Source: an uncultured Methanoregulaceae archaeon
Lineage (GTDB): Archaea > Halobacteriota > Methanomicrobia > Methanomicrobiales > Methanospirillaceae
DNA length: 64,000 nt
Direction of reading: 5' to 3'
Assembly (NCBI GenBank): GCA_963737635.1
Contig: CAVTTL010000001.1
Location: 352,001-416,000, forward strand
Part shown: positions 1 to 10,160 of the stretch, piece by piece
Layout: every line of letters starts with the position of its first letter
How positions within the stretch are numbered: the stretch's first letter is position 1
Program-made: the position numbers and the translations under genes
The notes under the pieces: generated by a model
What the model saw: the letters and a program-made list of their open reading frames with translations, nothing else
What the model was told of the DNA's origin: nothing
Database searches by the model: none

Positions 1-26
1 CCAGTGATTTTGTCGGTGAATGCCAT
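1..26 (-). CDS. 5' end of next gene (MAFTDKIT...), possibly a second type II secretion F/TadC-like protein; runs off window
   Basis: ATG at 26..24 lies 1 nt after the stop of the 28..951 gene; the product is guessed from usual operon layout only. Confidence 0.35.
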
Positions 27-27
27 T

Positions 28-951
28 TCAAGACTCCGGGGTCATAGAACTTATCATGATAATGAACATTATCGTGCCAAAGGGAATCATGAGATAGATG
101 ATAACATAGAGAAACATCGGTTTTGAATCTCCCCCAAGGACCGACATGATCGACTGGAGAATGATCAAAAAGAGCGTTCCTGCCACCATTGCTGTTACAT
201 AGGATTCCGAGATTAACGCGAGCGTATCGAGGAACAGTTTCTGGGTCTGGCGGTTCTCTAGGGCGTACTGTTTGGCTTTAGTACGGAAATATTCCGTAAG
301 GTTACCCCCACTGGATATGCTGGCCATTGCGCCCTGTAAAAATTCCTTCATACGCAGGGAGGGGGTGCTCGAAGAGACTATCCTGAGTGCATCAATAAGA
401 TCACGTCCGAAAATATCGATTTCCCGGGCGATATAGCGGGCTTCCACCGAACTTTCCCCATAGATTGGGCTGTCGCCAAGAAGACGGAAAATCTCCGCAG
501 GTGTTATACCGGCAGTAGACATGGAGGTAATATAGTTGATGGCATAAGGAAGCGTAGCGTCGATATTCCGGCGCCGGTTTCCTGCCATGACTGAAGGATA
601 GATGATAAAAATGGCATACGTGATACCTCCAAACACTAGTAATGAGAAGATTACTGCAAAGATGGTCCCAAGAATGAGGCCGTAATGGGAAAGAAAGAGA
701 ACCGTTGCTGGTACTTCACCTTTGTACTTTACAAGGTTGGGGAGTTTTAGAACCCATGTAATCAGTCCCAGTCCTACAGCGGAGATGAGCCCAACGATGA
801 GAGAGCTGATAATTGCAGTAGAGATATAGACTTCAAAAGGGGTTTTTATTCGTGCGGAGAGGATATCATTCCTGAGCTGAGTGTACTGTTCCCGCTGAGC
901 CTTCATCCTCATGCCGAGAAGGTTGAAACAGAATCGTTCAAAACTATTCAT
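28..951 (-). CDS. Type II secretion system F family / TadC-FlaJ-like membrane platform protein
   Basis: 307 aa with several TM segments and a T2SSF-like core (IDATLPYAINYITSMSTAG...FGRDLIDAL...ISSGGNL); overlaps the ATPase stop. Confidence 0.88.
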   Translation of the reverse strand: MNSFERFCFNLLGMRMKAQREQYTQLRNDILSARIKTPFEVYISTAIISSLIVGLISAVGLGLITWVLKLPNLVKYKGEVPATVLFLSHYGLILGTIFAVIFSLLVFGGITYAIFIIYPSVMAGNRRRNIDATLPYAINYITSMSTAGITPAEIFRLLGDSPIYGESSVEARYIAREIDIFGRDLIDALRIVSSSTPSLRMKEFLQGAMASISSGGNLTEYFRTKAKQYALENRQTQKLFLDTLALISESYVTAMVAGTLFLIILQSIMSVLGGDSKPMFLYVIIYLMIPFGTIMFIIMISSMTPES

Positions 952-3363
952 ACAGGTCCTTCCTCACGCGCTCGATAACCACTTCGGGTTCCCGGTAGTA
1001 CGAGATAAGGACCTTAGCGACATCCTTATAATGCCGGATCTTTTTGATACGCATCCACTCCAGCACTTCCTGCCGCCGTTTGAGTTCTTCCCGCATTCGA
1101 TTTTCGTTCCAGCCCTTGGATTCCATAATATCTTCAAGAATGAAGGATTTCCCCGAGTAGCTGATTTCATCGGTTGCCGATCGCCACTTGAAAACCTCGT
1201 TGGTGATAAGCTCATTGGTCCGCGGGTCGATATCAAGAATCTCGACGATTTGTTTGTTCCGGCGAATCCGTTTTCCGCCCATCCTGGCCTGTACCTGAAT
1301 ACAAACGATATCAAGTGCTGACAGCATGTTCCGCGGCACGTCCATGGGCGGGTTTTCGATACGGTGCACGACACTCGATACCGAGTCCGCGTGGATCGTG
1401 GAATAGGTGATATGGCCGGTGCTCATTGCCTGGAAAAGCGTCTGGCATTCCTTGCCACGGACCTCGCCGACAATGATATATTCAGGCCGTTGACGCATGG
1501 CTGCGCGCAGGAGTTCGTACATATTGATCTCTCCCCGGCCCGCCGTATCAAACGAATCTCTCGTTACACTGGGGATCCAGTTGGGATGGGGAAGTTTTAC
1601 TTCGCGGGTATCTTCTAGGGTGACGATCTTAGCCATCGGGGGGATGAAGAGTGAGATCGCGTTTAACGATGTTGTCTTACCGGATGCTGTCCCGCCAGCA
1701 AAAATGGCAGATTTGCCGTTCTCGACTGCGAGCCAGATATATGCAACGGATAAGGGGGCAAACGTATGCCACTCGATGAGATCGGTCGGCGTAATCGGCT
1801 CGTCTTTGAACTTACGGATCGTAAAAGTGGAACCGTGTGCAGTTACTTCCTGGCCGAGTGTCATCTGGATACGGGAACCATCACCCATGGTTGCATCAAG
1901 AATCGGCTCAGCAATGGAGATGTACTTGCCGGCACGCTGGGCGAGTTTCGTAACAAACGAGTCAAGCTCTTCAGCATTATGATACGTCAGAGTGGTCTTC
2001 ATCGATTCATAGCTGGCATGGAAGGCAAAGATAGGAGTGTTGACGCCATCGCAGGAGATATCTTCGATAAATTTATCGTGCATGATCGCATCGATGAGAC
2101 CGTCTCCCAGGAAATCCTTGTGCATATTATAAAGGATCTTCTCACGCTGGACCGGGTTGAGTTTGATCCCATAATCCCCAAGGATGTCATCGACAGAACT
2201 TCTAAGCTGGCGCTTGGCCTCCTCTTTCGAGATATCCTTGGTATTAATATCAAGCATTTCAAAGAGACGTTCTTTTATCTCCTTTAACAGGTCTTTTTCC
2301 GGTTCGGAAAGTACGGGTTCAATGACCTGATAAGTATATTCATGGGTGGAATGATCGTAGATGACCCGGACATATGCATAGGGATCATTTACCGGATATA
2401 ATTCCATCTCTTCGACACCGGCTATTGTTTCAAAAGTGAGATCGACGAGGGGACCATGTAATTTGGGATCGTATTCCACAGTCACTTGGCGTATAGCACC
2501 GAAGAGCGTTGCAAACCTGGACTTCTTTACCGGCGTCTGGTCGGTCTTTTGATTCTCCAAGCTCAATTCAGATTCGAGATCTTTGAATCCCGCATTCGAA
2601 AATTCCCGTTTCCAGATATCGGCGAGTTCCGGAGGCAGGGTACCGGTGCTCTCAAACGCATTTACCCGTCCATGAAGGTTGATCTCTTCAATCTGAAATG
2701 TTGCACCTTTAGGCAGGATAAGTCCGGAATATTCGGATAGCTGGTCTGCTGATATGATTCGCTCGTCCGCTTCAGTCCGTTCAGTACGAGCCGTACTCTC
2801 CCCTTCTCCTGTAATTTTTGCTGCCTTCTTTTTCTTGAAAAATAAAGAGGTCTTATTTTCCCGGGGATCTTCTTCAATAATTTCGACTGGTGGTACAGGA
2901 GGATGTTCGATTGCCGGTAGAGCGGATTTTTTTCCTGATGGGAGGATTGGCGCAGCTGGAGTCTTCGGTTGTTCCATGATTTTTTCCGGTGCTGCACGGA
3001 TATCGTCTTCGCTTGTGCCGGGAGACGCAAGAGACATTTTGGCCGGGGGAGCATCTTCAAGCAGGTCATCCAGATCATCCGCCACATTATTCGGAGGGGG
3101 CGATTTCCCGGGAAGGGAGTCGTCGCGGGCATGAACCGGTTCCGCTCAGCCCCGGGCGTAGTTCCGGTATAACCTATATTGAGTTTTTGTATAAGCGCCG
3201 AGAAATCACCCATGCCTCCTTGATCATCTTCCTGCCCAGGCTTCTTTTCAGAGCGTGGTTCTGCCACTGGTCCGGTAGATTCTTTCTCCGGCGCCTGTAT
3301 GCCCCGGATTTTTTTAAGAAGAGTACTTACACTATCAAGAGTTTCATCATCGTGCGATTTCAA
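944..3363 (-). CDS. Type II/IV secretion (VirB11/FlaI-like) pilus assembly ATPase with long low-complexity N-terminus; probable 1-nt frameshift near 3145
   Basis: Walker A GGTASGKTT, Asp box LEDTRE, Walker B IIVGEVRG, His box STGH..STIHA. The 2662..3363 ORF N-terminus (MKSHDDETLDSVSTLLKK) has a G-rich SD and joins with one added base (about 806 aa). Without the join the ORF is 944..3085. Confidence 0.9.
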
Positions 3364-3494
3364 TCTGGAGTCCCCCCTGTCAGATGTTAACCGTTCCCCG
3401 GAATTTATATAAAAGATCGTTCTTATCTCACACTATATGTATTGTCTGCCATACTGAAGGAAAAAACTTCCCCAGTTCACGATCAACAGTCTTG

Positions 3495-4235
3495 TCAGGC
3501 TTCACTCTCCACTTCATTCTGGATGCTCCTGATCAGGACACGTATGAGACCGAGCTGGGCATCCGCACGCGTAATAATGCAGAGGAAGAGATCTCCGCAG
3601 GGAACGATAATAAATTTGTTCTCCTCAGTTTCGAGGATGAGCTGGCCGGGCTGCCCAAGGTTCATATCCTCAGATATTCTGGTCCCGGCCCGGAGGAAAT
3701 CCTCGGCTCGTGCTGCCACATGTTCAAAATCTGCTTCTCCAAGAGAAAGAACGGGAAATCCTTCATAGAACGCAGAAACGGCAACAACCCCCGGCTGACT
3801 CATAATCTTATTGAGGATAGATTCATCGACGAGAGGAGACGTGTGACCTGACGTCTCATGGCCTCTAGTAGTAAGGGAGAGATCATCCTGCACCTGCGGA
3901 GCAGTGCTGATAAAGAGGCCCCCTAGCGTGCACATAGTTAACGCCTCTTTGTAATCCTCCTGATTGTACGTTTTCAGGACGAAATTTTGCTGGTTTTGTC
4001 CGCCGTTGCTGGCAGGGCTGTTCATAACATAACTGACAGCAGAATTCCCCCGGTAAATGCCATCTTCCCCCTCGAAATATGCTGCAACCAGCTCACCGTC
4101 TCGCATAAGGATAAAACCCCGCCCCCTGCTGGTATCGATCTCGATTACTCCCTTAAACGCTTTGAGAGACTGGACGACGTCATCCTTACGGGGATCGATA
4201 ACGGCACCCGCTTGTCTTCCTGCCGGCAGTTTCAT
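3495..4235 (-). CDS. DUF2226-like N-terminal domain fused to a roadblock/LC7 domain
   Basis: N-term MKLPAG...FKGVIEI...RGFILMRDGELVAAYFE; C-term ILNKIMSQPGVVAVSAFYEG...LILETEENKFIIVP...LCIITRADAQLGLIR resembles MglB/roadblock. Confidence 0.7.
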   Translation of the reverse strand: MKLPAGRQAGAVIDPRKDDVVQSLKAFKGVIEIDTSRGRGFILMRDGELVAAYFEGEDGIYRGNSAVSYVMNSPASNGGQNQQNFVLKTYNQEDYKEALTMCTLGGLFISTAPQVQDDLSLTTRGHETSGHTSPLVDESILNKIMSQPGVVAVSAFYEGFPVLSLGEADFEHVAARAEDFLRAGTRISEDMNLGQPGQLILETEENKFIIVPCGDLFLCIITRADAQLGLIRVLIRSIQNEVESEA

Positions 4236-4259
4236 AAAATAGCCCGAAAAATAATAATC

Positions 4260-4607
4260 CTAGAGAGCTGCGACGATACGTTCCTTGTTTTTCTTTAATT
4301 CATAGCGGATCCTGCCGATATTTGCTGTTGAGTCAGCCACGAGTGCGATCAGTTCGTCCGCCGAAAGAGGGGCAAGGATTATAGGCCCTTTCTCAAGTTC
4401 AATAAGTAACTGGGAGAGCTCACCTTTCCCAAGGGTGATTCCCATCGCTTCAGATGTCCCAAGACCGGTTGAAGCCATAGCGCCGAGCGCCTCAATATCC
4501 AGCTTGCCGGAGACTGCGCTCTCGATCACAAAACCATCTCTTCCCACAACCACTGCTGCGGCAACCCCTTCAACCTTCAAAAATTCATCCAACAACGGCT
4601 TGAGCAT
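4260..4607 (-). CDS. Roadblock/LC7 (MglB-like) domain protein
   Basis: VEGVAAAVVVGRDGFVIES...LIELEKG...ANIGRIRYELKK is a typical roadblock pattern; GGTGA SD before the ATG at 4607. Confidence 0.9.
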   Translation of the reverse strand: MLKPLLDEFLKVEGVAAAVVVGRDGFVIESAVSGKLDIEALGAMASTGLGTSEAMGITLGKGELSQLLIELEKGPIILAPLSADELIALVADSTANIGRIRYELKKNKERIVAAL

Positions 4608-4867
4608 CTTTTCACCATTCAACAAATGTGAGTTTCTTGTTTCGTTCGTATTAATATGTTGGGATTATTTTCCGGGATATGCAGATATATTCTCCAAAAA
4701 TAAAAAAAAATGCCATTCAGTTCTGAACTGGACAACCAGCCCATAAAACCATACCAATTAATTATAATATAATTTAATAAATATTTATTTGTTATCTGCC
4801 ATAGATACAACGGGCCTAATGACCGTGAAAAGAAACTATATACTCGTATGTGATCATTAAAGAGATC

Positions 4868-5568
4868 ATGCAACTTCCCCGCGGGACGTTCCGCGAGATC
4901 CAAAAAAACAAGAAAACTAAAGACCTTCTTTCTGAGCTTGAGGGGGGCCGATTTTCCGGGATCTGCAGCATTTCGGGTCAGGATAGTATCTGTACACTTG
5001 TGATGAAATCGGGAAAATGCATTCTTGCGGAATACAATGCGCTTAAAGGAGATGCCGCAGTCGAGGAACTTTTCAATTCCCTCTCTGGCGGAAATGTGGA
5101 CGCCGCACTCTCAACGCTCGACGAACCTCAGATCCAGCTATCGCTGGAATTCAATAAAGCCGAGCGGATCGTAAAAACCACGCATATTCTTCCGGTCCAG
5201 AAACCTTCTCCAGTACCTCCCGTTCAACGGGAGATAGCAAAGGAAACCGGCCCGCTCCGGCAGCAAACCCGTCCTCGCCGAGCAAAGAGGCGGCAGCCCT
5301 GATAGGACGTTCACCGGATCTGACCCCCGGCCACCGTGCAGGCCCGAAAAATCCTTTCACCGCCCCCCCGTCGTCTATACGTGCAGAAAAAGCACCAATT
5401 TCCGAAGAGCCGGAATCTTCCGTAAAAGATGCCGAACCAACGGATCTGGAAAAAGATCTTGACTTACTTGATTCAATGAACCTTGACCAGGTAACGGATA
5501 AGATCAGGGATGAATGCAAAACGATGGTGAAACATCTTCGGCTCGACCACCTGATGGATAAGGACTAA
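4868..5568 (+). CDS. DUF2226-like protein with Pro-rich linker and helical C-terminus; frameshift around 5240-5260
   Basis: MQLPRGTF...FSGICSI...LVMKSGKCILAEY; continues in another frame to ...DLLDSMNLDQVTDKIRDECKTMVKHLRLDHLMDKD* (TAA 5566-5568); joins with one added base. Confidence 0.65.
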
Positions 5569-5600
5569 GACCCGGGGATTCAAAGGTATGTCGGTTATGT

Positions 5601-6155
5601 TTGGCATTGACAGGTACTGTTCTGCTCTTTGGTGTGGTAATCGCAGTAGTTATCTGCGTTGTAGTAGTCGTCGTAAGAAAAATCCGATCCCGGGCAAAGA
5701 GCGACTCCCGCAACATAAATATGAGTTCGTCGAGGACACCTCTCCATGTACGGAAAATCCCGGCATCCTCTTCGGATAGTTCTTCCGATCAGGATACGGT
5801 TTTTGCCTCTCCATCGCGCCAAAAGGAAGTCGACTCCCTTGGCGGCAAAGTCAATATTTCAGAGAGCCTCACTACTCTTGCGGAAAAATATTCTCTGGAT
5901 GAGATCACTCTTTCTACATCGGATGGCCTCTTGCTCGCATCTTCCCGGAAAACGCCTTCAGCTGATGCTATTGCGAGATATTCCGAGATGTATGCCGGCA
6001 ATTTGCGACCTTGGCCCCCGGGAATCATATTATTTGGCCTTGAGCATAAAGGATCGCTCCTGGTGGGAATTGCCAAAACAAAAGATTTGCTCGTTCAGGA
6101 TGCAGATCAGGATTTGATACGCGAGACAAAAGATATTTTAAACAGGTGGATATAA
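5601..6155 (+). CDS. Membrane-anchored protein with degenerate roadblock-like C-terminal domain
   Basis: N-terminal TM helix plus basic stop-transfer, Ser-rich linker, then SESLTTLAEKYSLDEITLSTSDGLLLASS. Confidence 0.6.
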   Translation: MALTGTVLLFGVVIAVVICVVVVVVRKIRSRAKSDSRNINMSSSRTPLHVRKIPASSSDSSSDQDTVFASPSRQKEVDSLGGKVNISESLTTLAEKYSLDEITLSTSDGLLLASSRKTPSADAIARYSEMYAGNLRPWPPGIILFGLEHKGSLLVGIAKTKDLLVQDADQDLIRETKDILNRWI

Positions 6156-6238
6156 CACGAATATGATACACATATAATAAAAATATTTCAGAATACGCAT
6201 ATTCCCGCTAGGATTATTATCGGGGCAACAGGTGTTTG

Positions 6239-7039
6239 ATGGTAAAAGTATACACGATCGCATCCGGAAAAGGAGGTACCGGTAAAACAACCGTTTCTGT
6301 TAATCTGGGAACGATGCTTGCAAAACTGGGGAAAGAGACCTACCTTATGGATGCTGACATTGGTATGGCAAATGTTGGGCTGATTCTGGGTCTGCAGGAC
6401 GCACCAGTAACCCTGCATGAGATTCTTGCCGGAAAAAACAGTATCGATGAAGGCATCTACCCGGGCCCTGCCGGGCTTAAGGTTATCCCGAGTGGTATCT
6501 CGCTCCAAGGCTTCCAGCAGGCGGATCCGGACAAGATTCGCGACGTTCTTTCTGAAATTGTGAAGAGATGTGAATTTCTGCTGATTGATGCACCTGCCGG
6601 TATAAGCAAGGATGGCGTCGTCCCGCTTGCCGTCGCAGACGAAGTTATTCTTGTGGTTAACCCCGAGTTGTCTTCGATCGTCGATGCACTAAAGACAAAA
6701 ATCCTGACAGAAGTTGTTGGAGGACATATCCTTGGTTCTATTATTAACCGGGTCGATCAGGAGAAAAGCGATGTCATTACCCAGAGGATGGAAAAAGTGC
6801 TCGGTGTAAAAGTCCTCGGAATTATCCCTGAGGATTCCAACGTGAGAAGAGCTGCAGCTGCACGTTCTCCCATTGTCGTGAGTTATCCGGATTCACCGGC
6901 ATCAAAGGCAATACAACGGATTGCGTCGGACCTTGTCGGGGTAGCTTACCGGGATGAAGGCACAGCCAAAACGTCTAAGGAAGGCTTTATCGAACGGTTC
7001 TCGAAGGCACTTTTTAGAAAGAAATCCGATATGAAATAA
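6239..7039 (+). CDS. minD: MinD/ParA family ATPase (archaeal MinD)
   Basis: Deviant Walker A KGGTGKTT, DADIGMAN, LIDAPAG, C-terminal amphipathic helix FIERFSKALF. Confidence 0.92.
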   Translation: MVKVYTIASGKGGTGKTTVSVNLGTMLAKLGKETYLMDADIGMANVGLILGLQDAPVTLHEILAGKNSIDEGIYPGPAGLKVIPSGISLQGFQQADPDKIRDVLSEIVKRCEFLLIDAPAGISKDGVVPLAVADEVILVVNPELSSIVDALKTKILTEVVGGHILGSIINRVDQEKSDVITQRMEKVLGVKVLGIIPEDSNVRRAAAARSPIVVSYPDSPASKAIQRIASDLVGVAYRDEGTAKTSKEGFIERFSKALFRKKSDMK

Positions 7040-7085
7040 CGTTTTTTGCCGTTTGTTTCTTATGTGGGTTTTCGGAAAAGAAATA

Positions 7086-7886
7086 TCAGATCTTTTCTGC
7101 CATTTTAATCTCAGTAAGGGTTTTTTCGCGAATCTGAACTGATACACCTATCATTTCGTTTCTGTCATCTTTCACCGGGCGCGCTGTGAGTGCGACGAAA
7201 CGTTTCTTGTTTGCAAGAGATACGAGAACCGTATTGAGATCATAACTTACGACGATTTTATCTTTAAGTACATCGAGCGCCGGGTCATTGATCCGTTCCC
7301 CTGTCTGCTTGTTTACGAGGATCAACACCTTTTTGAGGGGTTGTGCCAATGCATCTTTTTCCAGGACATCAAGAAGCCTGCAAGAATAAGGATTCAGAAA
7401 AATGATTCGCCCTTTGGTGTCGGTTATTAGCACCGCTTCGAGGGCACTCATAATCTTTTTTATATCCCAGAGAGCCGCCTTGTCAAAATACCGTTTGCGC
7501 ATGCTGTGATTATAAAGGGCAATTTCTATATTCGATACGATCTCATTTGAAGTAAAGGGTTTGAGAAGAAACCCGTACGGCTCAGCCGCTTTCGCACGCG
7601 TGAGTATAGCGTCATCACATTGGCCGGTCAGAAAAATAACCGGAATGCGAAATATAGAATAAATATATCGTGCAGCAGTGATGCCATCCAAGGCGCCGGC
7701 AAGACTGATGTCCATGAGAACGAGATCCGGCAGATATTCTGCTGCCTTCATGATTGCATCTTCACCCGTCATGGCTTTGCCGACAGTAGCATACCCTTTT
7801 TTCTCGAGAATCACACTAATGAGATTGGAGATTATCTCGTCATCTTCCACAATCAGGATCGTGATGGGTAACGGCATGGCATTCAC
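7086..7886 (-). CDS. Response regulator: REC + PAS, no DNA-binding output domain
   Basis: ILIVEDD, LVLMDISL, FLTG, LLKPF; PAS-like EAVLITDTKGRIIFLNP and RPVKDDRNEMIGV. Confidence 0.9.
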   Translation of the reverse strand: MNAMPLPITILIVEDDEIISNLISVILEKKGYATVGKAMTGEDAIMKAAEYLPDLVLMDISLAGALDGITAARYIYSIFRIPVIFLTGQCDDAILTRAKAAEPYGFLLKPFTSNEIVSNIEIALYNHSMRKRYFDKAALWDIKKIMSALEAVLITDTKGRIIFLNPYSCRLLDVLEKDALAQPLKKVLILVNKQTGERINDPALDVLKDKIVVSYDLNTVLVSLANKKRFVALTARPVKDDRNEMIGVSVQIREKTLTEIKMAEKI

Positions 7887-8070
7887 GGGAGTTTTTCGCT
7901 TAATAAAATACGAGACAAGAGTATTTAAATATAGATTTTCATTCTGTAAACAATATCTTTTTGCTCAATTATATATCCCCTAACTGAAAAAACTCTTAAT
8001 ATTATTCTGGCATAAGATTATTGAGAGAATTCTATAAATATAAAGGGGTGGGATGAGTGGCTCCCGTGTC

Positions 8071-9180
8071 TTATTCAGATTTGTTGGTAATAGTAAAGAC
8101 GCAAAACTCATCTCCTTTCGAACGGCATTTTATTTCGCGGGCCTGGACCTTGATCCCAAAAGCCCCCTCAATGATCCCAGCGAGAAGACCGGCAGTACAG
8201 TAGCAGACGTTCTTTCCGGTAGAGCCAAAAGCTTCGGATTCAACGGTATGTTCGAGCGTAATGGTTTTCTCCTTTTTGGCTTCGTTCCATTCACTCTTCA
8301 CCGGCAGGAACCAGCCCATCTGAGAATAAAAGGTAAGCGCCATATTTGAGAGCGTATTTGGATCGGTAATGCCCATTTTCTTATAGTGTTCGACGTTTTC
8401 CTTACCCATGTCCAGGTACGCCCGGTAGTTTACCCCGCCAGCCGGTAACTCGCCCATGGTCTTTTTAAGGGAGTTCATCATTGAGGTGAAAACAAATCTT
8501 GGCATTATGACTACGGGGTCATCGATCAACTTGATCGTCCCTTCTACCGGCCTGTGGTCAATAAACTCGGTGATGGCAGAGTCTCCCTTTACCACCGCTT
8601 GTGCCTTGAACTTCCAGCTGGGTTCTACCTGATCGGCAACAAATTCACAACAATCGTCACCGTTTGCCACGCACTTGGTTTCCAGGCAGTACCAGGATTT
8701 GCCGGTAACAGCAGTCAAGACACCTTCGATCCATCCCATATGAACCCCACAAACGGGCATTTTCCAGTCTTTAAGGATCTCTGATTCGAAGGTATGTTTT
8801 GTGCGCAGGATAATCCTTTTCTCACTCTTCTCAACGAGTTCAAATGGTGCACCCCACCCCTGTTGGTGCTGGAGTTTGAAAACCAGAAGAAGGAAGTCTG
8901 CAGGTGCCAGATCCATACCAAATTTTTTTAAGAGATTGTTCAGGCCGGTGGATCCCAGACCCACGGAACGGAACAGTTTGCGCACTGCCTTCACAGCCAA
9001 TTTCTTGTTGAGGTGGGACTCATACATCTCATAGATTGCCTTGATGAGGTAATTGGGGTTGCTTGCTGTTTTCACGCCGAATACAGAATAACTGCCGGAT
9101 ACCGTATCGAGCTCGATGTAGGGGGTGATGTCTTTCTCGCCTTTGATCAGCGCCTCGAAATCTTCTCGTCCAATCTTCAT
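8071..9180 (-). CDS. Tandem V4R (4-vinyl reductase) domain protein
   Basis: Two V4R motifs: CGVHMGWIEG...ETKCVANGDDCCEF and CYCTAGLLAGIIEG...EIKCRSKGDEFCVF, each preceded by a GWG/GWF-type segment. Confidence 0.85.
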   Translation of the reverse strand: MKIGREDFEALIKGEKDITPYIELDTVSGSYSVFGVKTASNPNYLIKAIYEMYESHLNKKLAVKAVRKLFRSVGLGSTGLNNLLKKFGMDLAPADFLLLVFKLQHQQGWGAPFELVEKSEKRIILRTKHTFESEILKDWKMPVCGVHMGWIEGVLTAVTGKSWYCLETKCVANGDDCCEFVADQVEPSWKFKAQAVVKGDSAITEFIDHRPVEGTIKLIDDPVVIMPRFVFTSMMNSLKKTMGELPAGGVNYRAYLDMGKENVEHYKKMGITDPNTLSNMALTFYSQMGWFLPVKSEWNEAKKEKTITLEHTVESEAFGSTGKNVCYCTAGLLAGIIEGAFGIKVQAREIKCRSKGDEFCVFTITNKSE

Positions 9181-9288
9181 AAGCGATAACTTCTGTTATT
9201 ATATAATTAAAGGATTTCGTATTGGTTTTTGAAGCAAATAACGTCGATAAGAGGTACCTACAAAAGCCAGAACTTTTTTGGCGAAATA

Positions 9289-9900
9289 TTAAAGATCCAG
9301 CATATGGGTCGGGTGAGATTCGTCGAATGTAATGGTAAAGTGCATCACGACCTGTGATCGATCCTGGAGAAGACAGGTATAATCTCCGTACATCACCCGG
9401 AAACTGACTTCGCCATTACCGGTCGTGATATCACTACCAACGACCTTACCGTCTTTCCTGAGTGAGACACGTATGCCGTTCTGCGGATTTTTCTCCCGGC
9501 AGACGGTCAGGCTGACTACCCCGATACCCTGGCTTTTTTTCCCGATCTCCGGTACTGAATGAGTGATATTTTTCCTGAGGTGCGATTTTTCAAAGATCCG
9601 GCATCCCATAACAAGAGCTTCAATTATCTCGGCTTTCACATCACAAAGGACATACTGCCTGCCCTCGCGGATATATGCGACCGCGTTGTCGCCAAAGAGG
9701 GGCCCTTCGGAATCTACGTAAAGCGCTCCCTCAGGTTCACCATTCAGAAATGCAAGATAATACTCACGATTCCCGTCTTTTGCCACAGCTATGGCATTTA
9801 TGCGCCGGGATGCGGCGGACATAAGTATTTCGCCGAGGGAAAACGTTCCCAAGTATTTTGATCCTTTCAGGATATTTTCGAGAATCTCCTGCAGATCCAT
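9289..9900 (-). CDS. DUF2226-like domain plus C-terminal beta-sandwich (carboxypeptidase regulatory-like) domain
   Basis: YYLAFLNGEPEGALY resembles the other DUF2226-like ORFs; C-term GIRVSL...SDITTGNGEVSFRVMYGDY is an Ig/transthyretin-like pattern. Confidence 0.55.
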   Translation of the reverse strand: MDLQEILENILKGSKYLGTFSLGEILMSAASRRINAIAVAKDGNREYYLAFLNGEPEGALYVDSEGPLFGDNAVAYIREGRQYVLCDVKAEIIEALVMGCRIFEKSHLRKNITHSVPEIGKKSQGIGVVSLTVCREKNPQNGIRVSLRKDGKVVGSDITTGNGEVSFRVMYGDYTCLLQDRSQVVMHFTITFDESHPTHMLDL

Positions 9901-10160
9901 GGAATTATCCTCTTATCACATTCCAGGGGGCGGGATTAGGTGAATTCTCCCCGGAATTAGTCTCAATTACTCTCAATCATATATTCACTGCCGGCGTATT
10001 ATATATTTGCAAAGGTATTTTCGAACGCCAAAACAGAGTGTTTTAACCCCCCGGATTTTCCGGAAGCGGGCAATATCCTGTCCGGCTATACTACTGCATA
10101 ATTATTGCGATGGGGAATCGCCATGAATAAGTTGTAGAAGATATAACGGTAAAACTGCTT

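Noticed and set aside
3455-3472. Second NrpR-like site GGAAAAAACTTCC
   Set aside because: Spacer is 5 nt rather than 6, and the downstream genes are not nitrogen-related
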